A stretch of DNA of 62,680 bases, counting the filler, from Choristocarpus tenellus KU-1152 (Eukaryota > Protista > Phaeophyceae), in the NCBI GenBank assembly GCA_964200185.2. It is 11 parts of 11 records of this genome, joined end to end, with 100 filler letters (N's around TTAATTAATTAA, not from the genome) between each part and the next. Parts side by side here need not be neighbours in the genome. Positions count along the whole stretch, not along the records: positions 1 to 4,744 come from CAXNAD020013239.1; positions 4,845 to 10,994 come from CAXNAD020008822.1; positions 11,095 to 20,606 come from CAXNAD020003619.1; 8 more parts are not named here. One strand, written 5' to 3'. Under the pieces are notes generated by a model that ran no database searches, was not told where the DNA came from, and saw only the letters and a list, made by a program, of their open reading frames with translations. Below are positions 1-13,630 of the stretch, one piece after another (positions within the stretch are counted from its first letter, which is position 1; each line of letters begins with the position of its first letter). Both the position numbers and the translations under genes were made by a program.

Positions 1-59
1 AGGCCCTATCAAACAGGTGCCCAGTGGCAGGGTGCAGGAGGCAAAATGTCGATACCAGA

Positions 60-900
60 CATGCCCGCACCTGCCCAAGGGCAGGGGGACAGGTACAACA
101 ACACACTCCAATGGTTAAACGCCTGCACCAACTATGCAAGGAGATGGGCACCCCTTGAACTACGGAGGATGGCAGCCCTTTCACAGTGGACAGGAATCTC
201 CGCATGAATCTGGTGTTCCATGCAGGGGCACTTGCGGATGCCGGAACAGCACCCTATAGGGACAAAGGTCTTCTGCTAGACGTCACCTTCGCAGAGGTAC
301 AGGCAACCTCCCACCTCACCCACTCATCCACCAGCAATGGTGTAGCTGCTGCTGCAGCCAAGGCGCGAAAGCGCACCCACTATGAGGGCTCCTTTGATCC
401 TTGTAGTTATAACCTCAACACCTTTGCGATGGAAAGTTTTGGGCGCCTCGGCAAGCAAGCGGAATGCTTCCTACATGAGCTGGCTACTCACATGGTAGGG
501 GGGAGAGGAGCGGGAGGATATTGCAGGAAAGGAGTAGTTAAATCTTGGCTATGCCAAATTGTTTCAGTGACTGCGCAAGTGGCATTGTCTCGACATGCCA
601 TGCGCTTTAAACTAGAGCCACCAGGGAGATGAGCACGGAGAGGCTTGTCGGATTCTTGGGATGCCTCCCTAGGTCTCCCCCCCGGGGCGCAGGAGTAGGT
701 AGATGGGAAGCACTAGAAGACAGTAGTACAATATTGATAGTGGCGAAGCAACTGATAGATTAGTAGTTTTCACACTTACGGTGTTTTATAGTGTTGTCAC
801 ATATATGATATTTTATTTCTTTAGGGCTTATATTGACATGTGTATAGTTTTCATTTGTTTCCCACCGACACATCCGCAAAATGTCAGAGGGCATAATAAT
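60..900 (+). mobile_element. 3' end of a CRE-like non-LTR retrotransposon (Zn-knuckle/restriction-like endonuclease region, 3' UTR, short TAA tail); defective
   Basis: One frame reads HARTCPRAGGQVQQH (60-104), a stop, then ...LLLDVT...AAAAAKARKRTHY...FAMESFGRLG...FLHELA (186-632), typical of the CRE-clade C-terminus. The UTR ends GACACATCCGCAAAATGTCAGAGGGCATAATAAT. Confidence 0.75.
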
Positions 901-1140
901 GTTATATTTGTATTTGTAATATCTATCATTGGAACAATGTATGAATTTTCAAAATCCCACCAGTCACTTGATGATACACTCATTAAATTGACTTTCAATC
1001 GATTTTTCCCTTGACACATCTGGAAAATGTCAAAGGGCACAATAATAAAATACACGCATAAATTAGACCTTTGTTTTGTTTTGTTTTTGGAGAGTTGATT
1101 ATTAGGGCTATTCACTGTGCGAGGAAATTGGAAATGTCCC

Positions 1141-1800
1141 TTCCACTGACTGGACCAGTCCCACAATTATTTATTATGTCCCACTCCATGTTCACTAGGT
1201 ATTCAACTGGTCCATGTCCACCGACCTGACCAGATCAAACATTTTCCGACATATCCAGACCATGTCCGTAGGGTACTGTACGAGCCCATGTCCACTAGAC
1301 CGCCAGTCTAACTTTTTTCCTTGCATGTCCAGACCATAGCAGGCCATCAGTTAATTTTTTTCCTGACATGTCCGGACCATTTCCACCATGTATTAAACAA
1401 GTTTGAACGAAAGACAAACATGTATTAAACAAGTTCGAACTCACGCGTGCAATAATGCACTATATATAATATATTTGGTTCTTACTTACAGGAAAAATTT
1501 GAAATTTAGGGTATAATATTCAAGAGGAGTGGTAAAATATAAAATAGGAGGCATGGGCATGATGTGATGGGCCCGACTGTAAAAAAAATATCGCGTTATC
1601 GGCCACAGATAAAATGATCTAACATGGACGAGTCCATGGCCACTTACTCAACATGACAGGGTATATTGGTCGGTCATGTGCAACCAAGTTCGAACATGGC
1701 CGAGTCCATAACCACCACTTGCTCAACACGACTGACTCGATGACCATTGACCGTTTCAACATGGCTGGGTCACGGACTGGCCCACGGCCTTATGGCTGAT
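1141..1800. repeat. Cluster of short degenerate direct repeats, probably the interior of a non-autonomous TE
   Basis: CATGTCC(A/G)GACCAT-like motifs at about 1249, 1325 and 1367; CATGTATTAAACAAGTT(T/C)GAAC twice (about 1387 and 1419); AACATGG(A/C)CGAGTCCAT-like motifs at about 1621, 1693 and 1758. Confidence 0.55.
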
Positions 1801-2267
1801 GGTGCCATTAAAAAGCTTGGTTAAATATACAGTGGTAGTAGTTAACTATTTGTAGTGGGTCTATCCCCAACAGCATTTTGCATGGGGTTTTCACTTTGTT
1901 GGCGATATGTTATGATTATGTGTTGGGGAAGGTGTAGTGTTCTAGTAGTGGGCGGAAGGCGTCCATGGAGTATTTTGCGTTTTTTCTTGTAGCACTGTTC
2001 AGTTGAAGGGTAGGAAAGGTTATCGTCGATAATGTATAATTCCCTCCTTGTACTTGTTTAGTGTCCTGAGGAGTTTGCACGCTGATGGGAGGCAGTTACC
2101 GATCTGGTCACCTTGATTTGAATTTCTCGTGTGTCAAGTCATGTTGCATCTCTCGTACCATGGGATATTGATATCTCATTTGTTGAATTTCATGTGTATC
2201 AGAAGAATGTTTAAGAGTTAACACGGTACCATTATGCAGTGGACTGTTGTTGATGATATCTCGTGTG

Positions 2268-2298
<31 letters not shown>

Positions 2299-4744
2299 AC
2301 TTGTTTGCATGTTTCTTCCATCTTGATTTGAGAGGACAGGGTTGGTTCCTGAACATTTGGATGGTTGAGGACAGCATCTTCCCAGGTTTCGCAATACTGC
2401 CAACAACATAGGGGTGTCTTATCTGGTGATCAACAAAGTGAGCACTGGAGTCATGCAGAATAGAGATGGTACTTTACAATTGTACTATTATATTGATAGT
2501 ATGTTAGAGATGCTATTAAAATAAAATCATATTGTTGTAGTACTGTTTGTTGATGTGGCAGTAGATACTGCAAAAGGTAAAAAAAAAAGTGTGAACCAAA
2601 TCATTTACTAGCTAGATTTTGATACGTTTTATTCAGTTGTTGTGTAGCGTCACGGGGTAAAATAAAACTTCCCAGCTTAACTAGAGTAGACCTGAAGCCA
2701 CGAATGTGTAATGAGTTGTTGGTAGTGGTAGTGATAGTAGCAGTGACACCTTGTGACCAATGAACTAGGTGATGTGCCTCTTCTGTGACCTCTGAGATGT
2801 TAAGCGACACTTCTGCTTGTATTGTGATATAAATAAATGTAGCTAAATACCTGAACTTTTTCCTTTTGGTTTTTGGGTTACTCCAATTGGTTGAGCTGAA
2901 GCCAATCGAAATGTTGTGGTTTACAGCACTGTGAAAAGTGGAGGTTTCCACCAATCAAATCGCGTAAGCGCATGAACAACCAATAGGAGGCCGGCCTTCT
3001 AGTACTGCAATTGCTAAGATTCTCTTACTTAAGTTGAAGAAAATTGATTTTGAGAATTGAGAGGTTAGATCTGATTGGCTGTTTTACTGTGTTAATGCTT
3101 GCTGTTTGTTCTGAACCTTGTCAGGTGTGGATTTGATTGAAATTGAGTCCATTTTGAAGTTCAATTAGTTTGTAGTTGGAGTATAAAATACTGCTATAAA
3201 ACAAGGATTCACAGTTCCAATATCTTCTCCTTGTGACAACCCCTGATAATTATATGTCTCTTGTCATTCATCACACCATTCCCTTCAGTGGAGTTGCTAG
3301 AGTTTAATATTATTACATAGTACCAGAGATATATGGTGTTGAGTAAAGATGACGATAATGTGGGTGAGTATGCAGTGTAATTTTTCTCTCATATTTTGAG
3401 TTTTCTTTATGAAGTATCTTCTGTTAATATATATTTGGTGTGAATTAGATGGTGCCATTTTGTGAAAGAGCGTATTTCCTTTGTAACTTAAAATGTTTTA
3501 TCCAAGCTTTGCGCCCCACTCCGATCGACAGTACTCCATGTTCCCGTGGAATGTTCCGTGTTCAGGACGGAACACCGACCACCCGCCCGATCTGACTTGT
3601 TGCCACTCCATAACACCCCTCACAATAGTGTCTCACTATGTTGAAATCACATCCCCTCACCTAAGCAGGTCGTACGAAAATTCCCTGGATGAACGTTCAA
3701 CTGCACCAACCCCAAGCTAAGAGTATTGGTCACAGAGTTTGCCATTATCTCCTAGGATCGTGACTTGTGTGCTGAGAATGGTTTAGAACAGCAACCTCAG
3801 GTGAAGTTCTGTCGCGTATCTTGGACACACTTGAAATCAATCAAATACCCATCCAGTAGTACAATAATGACACACAATTATGAAGCGATTAGATGGATGC
3901 TAGTCTGAAATCATGCCGATTTCTAATCTTCATAACTAAAGAAAAAACACAAACATTCGTGTCCAGCACACAAAGTGAAAGTTGAAACCTCTGCCCCTCC
4001 CTCACAATATCCAGAGAGGCACATATCCCCAGTACCTCGTGCTTGTTGTCCCCGAGATAGAAACCTAGGACGAATATCGTACCATACATCATCATGTGAC
4101 TCAGTAATGGTAGCTGCCAAAATATCTTCGTGGTCTCTTTCTTTAGGCTGTATTTGTGATGTCTTCGGGAGCACTGTGTTGTTCCTAGCTGCACTCGGAG
4201 TAGTTGTAGATAAATGTAGGAACAAAGAGGGTAGTCCACCCCAACCCCGTTCAGTCATTGAATGTTTGCATCCAAGGTACCCTTTCAGCTGGCAGGAGAC
4301 GAGTTCCACCACCAGGAGGAACAGAGGAACGACGAACTTGACGCCATGTTGGTGACTGGGAGAGATCTCACCATCGCAGTGCGCAAAAGGACACCAAGTA
4401 CCATAGATGAATCAAGAGAAGTTAATCAGAGGCTCTACTCCTATATGCATATCATTATCATTGAACTCAATTAGAACCCGCTTCAATCCTGATAAATATT
4501 GGACGAGACTCTATTTGTACAGTACAGCACTATACAGATAGAGTGAGAATACAAGAGTTTTAGTTGGTAAACCCTTATTACTCTTGTACATGAAAGGATC
4601 GATAGAGAAACCATGGTCGTTTGAGGTTGGTAGTCGCCTACCTCCTGAACATCAATCACTCTTCTACAACATTTGGGAACATCCCTTTGTTATCATTCCT
4701 ATCCTACATAAGTCCGGGGATACTGACCCAAAGTATCTGGGGGG

Positions 4745-4844
4745 NNNNNNNNNNNNNNNNNNNNNNNNNNNNNNNNNNNNNNNNNNNNTTAATTAATTAA
4801 NNNNNNNNNNNNNNNNNNNNNNNNNNNNNNNNNNNNNNNNNNNN
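4745..4844. other. Artificial contig-join linker (N44-TTAATTAATTAA-N44); also at 10995, 20607, 28374, 31159, 35533, 41288, 47879, 54154 and 58368
   Basis: The same 100-nt spacer, with stops in all six frames, occurs ten times. Confidence 0.98.
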
Positions 4845-4872
4845 CCGCTTTTTGTCGTCTCTAGTATTTTTA

Positions 4873-4985
4873 GAGCCAAAGTATATTCTTACAGGGCAGA
4901 GCCGCGTCCATTTTTGGGTCAAAATACAATATTGTGATTTTGATGTAATTTTGGCTATTGTGTGCCCTCTAAGATAGTTTCACTC
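4873..4985 (+). mobile_element. MITE family A, internally deleted copy
   Basis: GAGCCAAAGTAT...CCCTCTAAGATAGTTTCACTC, flanked by TTTA/TTTA. Confidence 0.8.
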
Positions 4986-4999
4986 TTTAAGAATACAAA

Positions 5000-6950
5000 T
5001 GTCCAACAATTTCAGGTTTTGTATCTCAACAAATTGGAGGGTACCATTTTTTTTTGGCCTTTTGGTTTCTGGACATTGGAAATCATTAATTATCATCAAT
5101 TAAGTATGTCCTACTACCACCTTCGGCATGGATTCCCATTCAAAAAGTGGCCCTTAAAAAAAAGTGCCGCAACATTTACAAAAAAAAACATATCGGCACT
5201 TTTTCCGCACCATTTTTGGTCAATACCATCCTCAATTTTTAAAATCCACTGTTCTATGACGCTCTGCAATACCGCTGTTGTAGTTTGCACCACTACAAAT
5301 AATGGTCTCTGCACTAATTGGAAGAGGAGTGGAAATCTTCTTATTATGGGTCGAGATGGGGAAGGAGTGGGAGAAGATATTTTCTAAATTGCAGGTCACA
5401 AAACCCCTCTACTACTAAATACATACATGTATTGACAGTTTTTAGAGATTTCTTGAAATATCACCAATGGTCTTACACCTTCTCACCAATTCTCTATTGA
5501 TGGGGATTTGGGACTCCTCAGATCTAGTGATTGTTCCGGTAAAAATCTCATGGAACTGAATTGGATCGATCTTTCTTCTCAATTTCCGAGTAGTGGGAAG
5601 AGACATTTCAGAAACCATGAGAATGCTGGACATTCATTCACCTCCTTGCTATCTTCAGAAGAAGGGAAGAAATGATGCCGATTTCCTCTTGTGGCAATAC
5701 CCTTGCTAGTGCTATGTACAATTGGAGACAGTTTGTCGCACCCGATCATTGGCAGTTCATGTTTCCCATCAACTCTTACTTCCTACTTTGCTCCCTACAT
5801 CTTGTACGCCCTGGAATCCCCAAAAGTAACATGCCCCACCCTTTTCCCCCCTCCCAGTCTGCCCGTCTCATAAGAAGCACACACACAGTTCTTTTCACCT
5901 AGAAAGACTCTCCAGAGAAATCGAAGATGGGTTACTCAATTGCATGAAAGTATACGATTCATTTAAAATTTCATATTATCTTTTGAGGAAATCATTTCTG
6001 CATTTGAAGACATAGATTTGAGACCTTCCTGAGCACCCAAGTCTACGAACTTCTACAGGAGGAGTGGATAAATATGCGATGCACACAACGCCTCTTGACT
6101 CAGGCAACTAGGTAGGCCTCAATGTAATGTACCCTGTTGTGAGAATGGGGACAGGTAATGCATAACGGTCTCAACCACTCTAAAAAGGATTTCAGATTTT
6201 GGTTGGACTATTAGAGAGTTTAGTGGATACATTTATCCTATCCAACATTTCTCCTGTGGCACAAAACAGTGCTCAATACTGTGTCATGTCTGTTTGCTCT
6301 CCTACCATGGGCTGGCATTAGCGTTTCATCACCATGCTCAAGCACCAAACTCTCAGGCAAACAAACGACTACTGTTGTAATTAACAAAAAAAATTGAGGC
6401 CAACCTGTCCCCCTTCCAATGCCTCTCACTGTAGTTCCACAACGGTGCGTAGGTGGTAAACCACAGCTCTATACTCAAGTATTTTGTGTCCTCATGCTGA
6501 CTGTGACTAGACAGGGAAATGCAAGAAGCAACACACAAAGAGCCAAAGATTCTCATCACATCAAGCCCAACCCAGATGTCACTCCCAATACCATGCTTCC
6601 TTCCTACCTCCTCGATCATTTCATCAACAGAGTCTCCCCCATGCCTCTCCCCTCACCCTCCCGAATTGGAAAGTAATAAAATAATTTCTCTTCCTCAATC
6701 CAATACGTGCACCAAACAAACTGTATTGCAAACACGTGAGAGATAGGAGGACACCTGCCATTTACTACAACAGTCATCCCATTCACTCCTACAATGAAGT
6801 CTTTCCGGAAAATTCAACATTAGCTCATGATCTCCATAGTCGGCACCATCTCCATGGCCAACAATCAATTCTCAACACCACGTATTCAAGCATTTAAATG
6901 CTAGTGGTTCCAATCACGCAGTCCTAAGTGGTCCTCATTAACAAGATGAC
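5000..6950 (-). mobile_element. Highly decayed Ty3/gypsy-like pol remnant (RNase H/integrase)
   Basis: Broken minus-strand fragments loosely resemble RNase H and integrase motifs; many stops and frameshifts; pattern recognition only. Confidence 0.35.
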
Positions 6951-6962
6951 ATGCCTATCAAA

Positions 6963-8793
6963 TTAATAGAAGAGGCTGGCATCTGAGAGCTTGTAAGAGG
7001 TCGGGGCTTTGGTTGGGGGAGATCCTCCCCACTTAGCGTAAGTTGCCTTAGTCTCTGCCATCACAGCTTCCACCTGTTCCGGAGTCAACTCCACAACCTA
7101 ATGACAAGCAAGTACAATTATACACATAAAGCAGAGTTGAGGAAGGCAAATGAGAGATAGCAAAACGCGGTAAGGGGAAGGGGACATAAGTGGGGAAAAG
7201 GTTAGGGATACCGGCATGATTGTCACTGCATCCCCATGTGCTGTACCTAGGAAGTAGGCGAGGAAGGGGTTGACATCAAAGAAATTGCAATCCCCCCCAA
7301 GCCCCAGTGGACCTGCCATACTAGTTCTGAAATTCAGTAGTAACCACATCTCAGAAGACACCTGTTGATGACTTTTGTGTTTTTGCTATTCACTGTTCTG
7401 CCTTAAGGTGTAAGTTTTACTCTGTAATCACCTTTCCCAGCACTATTTGTCCACTATCTGAGAGACTAATTCCCTAACACACAGACAAGAGCCACTGATA
7501 CGTGTCATGAATATTGACTGCCACAAGCCAGCCTAGCTGGACTAAGGACTCTCCCGCTAAGACTAATTCTACGGGATCCCTAGTTATCAAATACTCATCA
7601 TGGTAAGTGTCGTGTTCTTCCTGCCATCTCTCACCCCCCCGTTCTGAAACACGCCAATAAACCCATGTCCAACCAAGGCAGGCAGGGGGCAACCCCTTCA
7701 ACCGGCACAAAGCTACTAAACCAATTCGAAAAAAAATCCTATGCAATTCAAGGATAGGAAAACCAACCTCTTGGCAAAAACACAGGAAAGGGTGAAGAAA
7801 ATACTAAACACATCCAAGAAAATTTTCCAACATAGAAGGACACATGCAAGGCCACAAGCACAGGAGTGCTCGTTCATAGGAGAATAAATGTACCTGGTCC
7901 TTGTTCTTCTCCATTTCAACACCCTTCGTCTTCCAGTAGTCTGCAAACACCTTGCTCACAGGATCGGACTTGGCGGCAGCAGCAGGGTCCGCCAATGCAA
8001 TGAGAGCATTGTCAAGGGCAGCCTTCTTGAGCTTCTTGTCTGCAACCACCTACAGCAGTCCCCAATGGGGTCCAGCCACAATAGGGGAAGGGATTCAGGT
8101 AAGTGTGTGAGTTTCTCATCTAATAAACTTCGCAGGAAGAGCAGCAGTCCAGTTCGCCGTTTGTTCCTTCACAATTAAAAGCTATCATGTTTTGCCACAC
8201 AAAGAACACACGCTATAACCGCAGACACTCCAAACCCTAACCCTAACCCTAACCTTAACCCTTGTACTCTGCACTTGAGCGTTGAATACTACTCATTGGA
8301 AGTCACACGTGTTTCAACAAAAGATAGCATCAACACCAGCTGCAAGAACATAAAAAAAGAGAACGGACCGCAGTCCATAAACATCACACAGCCTTCACAG
8401 AAAAAAAACACAAAGGTAAAATAAATAAAACTAGCCATCATCCCTAACCAAATTCCCGGGCGGCATGTATCTCACAGTCTCTCACGACTTGGGTGAAGTG
8501 AGAGGACCTGCGACCTACAATTATATCTGGTTCGGCTCTTTTCCTCTTGATTGCAATAGAATCGATTCTCTGGGTCACGATAGGTAGCAATGTGCAGCTG
8601 CACAAGTGGCATAGACACAAGGAAACAGATCCCCTAGGTGATGACATTTACCCCTCCGGTGGAATAAAAACATTGAAGCTGACAATGTACAAGGGTAAAC
8701 ACATAAAGCACTCTACAGTCTCTTGTTGCCTACTGGAGTGAGAGATCAGCAAATCCTTGTTACTTAGGTTAGGATAACACAACAGACAGACAA

Positions 8794-8824
<31 letters not shown>

Positions 8825-10927
8825 CATGCCAACCATTTCTCCAACACCAACCTGTCACGATCATAGTACCACCACCAACAATGCCACAACTGTCAGTACC
8901 GTCCTTCTTTATGGCAAGGGGAAAGTGCCCACTGCTGAAGGTAAAAAGCACTCAACAGAAGTAGGGAACCACACCTGGGCCTGTACAGTATCGAGAGCCT
9001 TAGCCACCTCAGAAGATCGCAGGTCAGCGATGTGCTTCATCCTGGTCGCCTTGAGTGTCTCCAAAATACGGATGTATTGCTCCCTGTGCTTGTGCTTTTC
9101 CATCAGGTTCTTCAGTGCCATGAGTGGGAGTGCCAAGAAGAACATAGATTAACATAGAGAGATCAACAAAGAGAGACTAACATAGATCAACATAGATTAA
9201 CAGAGAGAGATCAACATAGATTAACATAGAGAGATCAACAGAGAGAGATCAAGGGGGGTGTTCAAACAGCTGCTACGGAAAAAAATTATCAATCGAGGAT
9301 TGAGGAGGAAGGGGAATCTCACAGTGACATCGCATCCATTACCTTCTTTCTATTGTTGTGGTAACATTCCATCAATGCTGGACGTGCCTCATCATCAATC
9401 CCCTCCTCATCAATCACCCCCCCCTCCCCCTCCCCCCCACATTTGAACACAAAACTTGTAACCTGCCAAGGGGACTACCTAAAAAAATAAGGCGTATCAT
9501 CAAAACCTGAAAAACCCCACCGTGAACAACACAAGGGTTCAGCGTTACCGACCATCTTCCAAACAGAACCCTTAACCCTAAGTTTCCATTCATTGACTAT
9601 TCACATACAGGTATACTTTAAAACAAAAACAGAACTCGTACTACCACTACTATCAATGGCACCATCACGGCACCAACCCAATCAACCAATCTACAAAAAT
9701 CATCCAACGCATGCAAAAGCGGCAAGTAGACTACAAGACTAGAAGCAGAGCACACAAACAACGAATCAAAATGCCTTCCATACAACAACACACGAAAAAA
9801 GAAAAAGTGACCGCAAGGAAGGTGTAAAAATGAAAAAAAAAACTCATCAGCTAAGCTCAGTCAGAGTTGAGCATTTGCTGCCACCCTTCACTGACTTTGA
9901 ACCACACTTTGGCAGCCCCCACCCAGATTGCCACGGTGTCATAGCAAAACCTCCTGTGCTCATCCATGATTTTGCAATGCGAAAGGCTTTGCTTGGTAAA
10001 GGTCCATTAGCCACCATGGTTCTCAATACCCATGGGCTTTCATCAGAACACACACACAAACATCTCTTGAACCTTAAATACCACCTGTACCGCTGGCTCA
10101 CAATCAGACTTTCTGACCCAATAATACTTTTGGTACTAAAAAACAGCATGCACCTAAGGTACGGCCACCTTGTGCAAAAGAATACTACCCTCAAAGACCA
10201 CAGCACTAACAGAGAACTCATTGTAGGGTACACAGCGAAAAAAAACCCCATGCACAACACAAGTCTCTCAAGTGTGACCCTTGAGGCCACTTACCTGGGC
10301 CTCAGCCAAGCGTTTGCTGACTTCCACCTGAATGTCCAGGATTTCGTTGACATCATCCACATTAGACAGGCGAGACTTATGTGCCTCCAGCTCTAACTGC
10401 ACCACCTGCACAGACCGTTTCATCATTACACATCATTACACACAAGAGGTAAGGGCACATGAAGTACAGAGATGGAACTAAACCAGGCAGAGGCAAACCA
10501 CTCTCACACTATACACCCTCCATCAAGGGATCTAATCATGTCTGTCCTCACACACACACACACCTCCAATTTTTCACTTTGGGGATAAAGCAGGGAGAAA
10601 GGGGGTAAAACCACCTGTTTAACAACTCCCAGACGTAACACTACTAGGAATAAAGCCCAACACACGGCAGTACTACCTCATCAGCAACTTATCAGAGGTG
10701 TAACAAATAATTAAAATAAATAGCACTCATGTTGGAACAACTCTGCATCTTTCATGCAAAGCAGTGTCAAATAATGAGTATAAAATAATTCATGACAATT
10801 CGATAACAGAGGACACGAGATTAATCACCACTACACCACTACATCAACACAGAGGTGCATTCATCGCAATGCCTACCTTCATCTGAGAGGCTTCAAGATC
10901 ATTGTGCGTGACCTTGATTGCAGCAGT
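6963..10927 (-). CDS. Probable mitochondrial ATP synthase peripheral-stalk subunit b, 3' part (5 exons; 5' end lost in gap)
   Basis: Phase-0 GT-AG exons 10877-10927, 10295-10405, 8975-9109, 7894-8049 and 6963-7097 give TAAIKVTHNDLEASQMKVVQLELEAHKSRL...KHKHREQYIRILETLK...DKKLKKAALDNALIALADP...DPVSKVFADYWK...SLFY*. The long helical stalk resembles Mt_ATP-synt_B. The gene structure is solid, the product name less so. Confidence 0.65.
8234..8261 (+). repeat. Short interstitial telomere-like repeat (CCCTAA)n in an intron
   Basis: ACCCTAACCCTAACCCTAACCTTAACCC. Confidence 0.7.
9141..9252. repeat. Intronic minisatellite of AACATAGAT(T/C) / AACA(T/G)AGAGAGATC units
   Basis: About nine degenerate 10-14-nt units in tandem. 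Confidence 0.8.
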
Positions 10928-11120
10928 CTGAAAACACGAAATGAACAAGAGAAGCAGGATGTGAGATCACATACAAAAGGAAGGAGGTGGGGGGNNNNNN
11001 NNNNNNNNNNNNNNNNNNNNNNNNNNNNNNNNNNNNNNTTAATTAATTAANNNNNNNNNNNNNNNNNNNNNNNNNNNNNNNNNNNNNNNNNNNNCTCTCC
11101 TCCCCTCTGCTGAGAACGTC

Positions 11121-11292
11121 GGGGGGGGGGGGGGGGGCGTATGTCTACACCAGGGTGTCCATTCGGGCCCTGACCAGGATAAGTGAGGTTACATTATCCA
11201 TCCGACTCATGCAACCAAATCACCCAAAAATCACGACATGGAAGAATGGGCCCCAAATGGACAGCTGCCTCCCCCTCTAGATACTTTGAGCC
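11121..11292 (-). mobile_element. MITE family B copy (one end degraded)
   Basis: G-tract, GTGTCCATTCGGG...CCCCAAATGGACAGCTG...CTAGATACTTTGAGCC; the interior matches the copies at 27248 and 47045. Confidence 0.75.
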
Positions 11293-12420
11293 TTCTTGCC
11301 CCTTTAGAATATTGTTTGATAAGTATACCTCATTGCCCCCTCTAAACATGTGTTCCACCTCTCATTTTAATGTTCCCCTGCCCTTGCTTCTCCATGCATA
11401 CACCTACCAAGAGACCTTGGCCTGTGCGATAGCTAAGGGAAGCTGAAAGATCAACCTGCGCCACAATTTTGGTGTGTGCCTACATCGTACTTCCAAGCGT
11501 TATTTTAGTACTGACTACTGAGGATTTCAATATTGCAAGACATCATCAAGGATTGTACACACTTTGGTTATACATCTCTGACATACCTTCCATATACTTT
11601 CCACATCAAAGTCGAATGCATCATTTTTTGCAAAACAATACATTCAACTATCAACACATATGTATTCTGCAAATAATATCCTGGCTTCCTGTAGTGCATG
11701 ACAGGAGTACCATCTGTCTCCCTCCTTTACACAGTGCAGTGCTCCACACAGTCAGCATTCAACTTCAATGTGTTCCTGATACCGTATGCTCAAACCCAAA
11801 GTATCCTAGAGGGTGTTGCCGTTGTGTCTAGGGTTCTCTGTGACTGTTTGCTGATTTTCACCCTTAGGTCCCTACATCCTCCTATGTGATCATGACAAAA
11901 CGTCCATTCACAGGGTATTTTCTTCAAAACCAAAAGACTTCTGATAGGGTTTTCCTGAATTTTGACTGTGAAACTGGGGTGTCAGGTATTACTTTTGGTT
12001 GCCACTTGACAATGTACTAGATCTACCCCCCTGCAGGATGGTTCTTTGACTCTCTCCAGAGTGATACTGCTTCATAATACAGCCTACTCGTATACTATAC
12101 ACCCTGCCTCCATTCTCCCTCAACCTTTGACATTTTCATGTCGCAAGTGGTACTTGGTAGGTGAGCTGCAGGGCAAGGCAAGGGCAATGGCATGGTCCTA
12201 GTCCACGACAGATGGCCCAGGTATTTGATACCAGGGGTCCAGACCTCGAACCAGGCATCCTGGATGACACAGCAGTTTGTGTGTACCTAATCAATGGACG
12301 TGTCTCATGTTCAGAGGGGGGCGGGTGGAACGCTATGGCTTGGATGTGTGGAAATGGTGAGTACATGAGTCTTTCTGGTTCCTGGTGAAAACCTTCCCAC
12401 ATTTTGTTGCTTCAAAATGG

Positions 12421-12587
12421 AAGAATCCCTATAATATATGTGTGTACTACTATAATACTGCACATAGAGCTGTAAAAACATTGAGTAGTAGACCAGACCT
12501 TGTTCAAGAATCCCTATAATATATGTGTGTACTACTATAATACAGCGCATAGAGCTGTAAATATATTGAGTAGTAGACCAGACCTTG
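12421..12587. repeat. Tandem duplication of an 85-bp unit
   Basis: AAGAATCCCTATAATATATGTGTGTACTACT...GTAGACCAGACCTTG starts at 12421 and again at 12506. Confidence 0.9.
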
Positions 12588-13371
12588 CCGCCAACTACTG
12601 TTAAGGTTTTGAGATTGGACGGAAGAATGTATGATTCTCATGCTTGTCCACTTCCAATTGTAGTGGCTAGCCTATTGACGTGCAGGTTTTCATTCCCCCT
12701 CCCTCCGTGTAGTCCAACCACCCACCTATTGTCCTCCATCCTCCACTGAATCCATTGCTAATATACTCCATCACTGTACTTGTGTGTTCGTTTGCCCTCA
12801 AGCAGAGGTCACCTCTATTCATACTCCTGCTTCATCCACCCGTTAATACTGCACACACCTGGCATGTCCCCTGTCACATGGTGGTGAGTGGGTTAGGCTA
12901 ACTCAAGCGTACAAGTAACGTTGTCGGGCATATTCGACTGCTTGTCTGTTGTGGCCACTGGTTATGATCCAATTTCATTGTATACATGAACAAAGCAGAG
13001 ATATGGTCTGTCATATTGCCACCTCTTTTTTGTTACTAAGTATCTATATACGGTGTACAGACTACTACTTCTCCAATGAGATTGACATCGCATTGTACCC
13101 ATCATGACATCGTTGCACAGTGCAAATACACTTATTATGTGAAGGTATGAACATTAGATTACGATGTACTTGTTCAATCTTGTGAATGTATCGCTACTTT
13201 AATGTATATATATGCAACATATACAAGCGAACAAAGCGTACATGCATGCATTCTGCTACTATTCTTCTGGTACGCTCAAGTTCAAGCATGCTACTGGTGC
13301 AGACCCAACTGATGACACAGAAATTGTTTCGAAGTACAATGTACGTACATTACAATTGGGCATCAAAGTCA

Positions 13372-13630
13372 GAGTGAAAGTATCTCAGAGGGTACGAGTT
13401 TTGCCCTGTTTGTCCATTAGGGGCTTGGCTTCCCATGGGTTCTTTTATGGCATTTTCCTACTTCAAAATGTTTAGGAGTAGGTAAAGTGTATATGTTATG
13501 AAAAGGTGTGTCTGGAACATGGATATTGACATTTCCTAACAAACACGATAGCCAAAATTATATCAAAACCACAATATTGGATTTTGGCCCCCAAATGGAC
13601 GCGGCTCTACCCTCTGACATACTTTGGCTC
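13372..13630 (-). mobile_element. MITE family A, full length
   Basis: GAGTGAAAGTATCTCAGAGGGTA...TACCCTCTGACATACTTTGGCTC; TSD TCA/TCA. Confidence 0.92.

Noticed and set aside
9830-10396. 188-aa and 147-aa ORFs
   Set aside because: Intronic or antisense to the ATP synthase b-like gene; no motifs.
11788-12052. Possible fourth MITE-clan family (CCAAAGTATCCTAGAGGG...)
   Set aside because: Single copy with a degenerate right end and no TSD.
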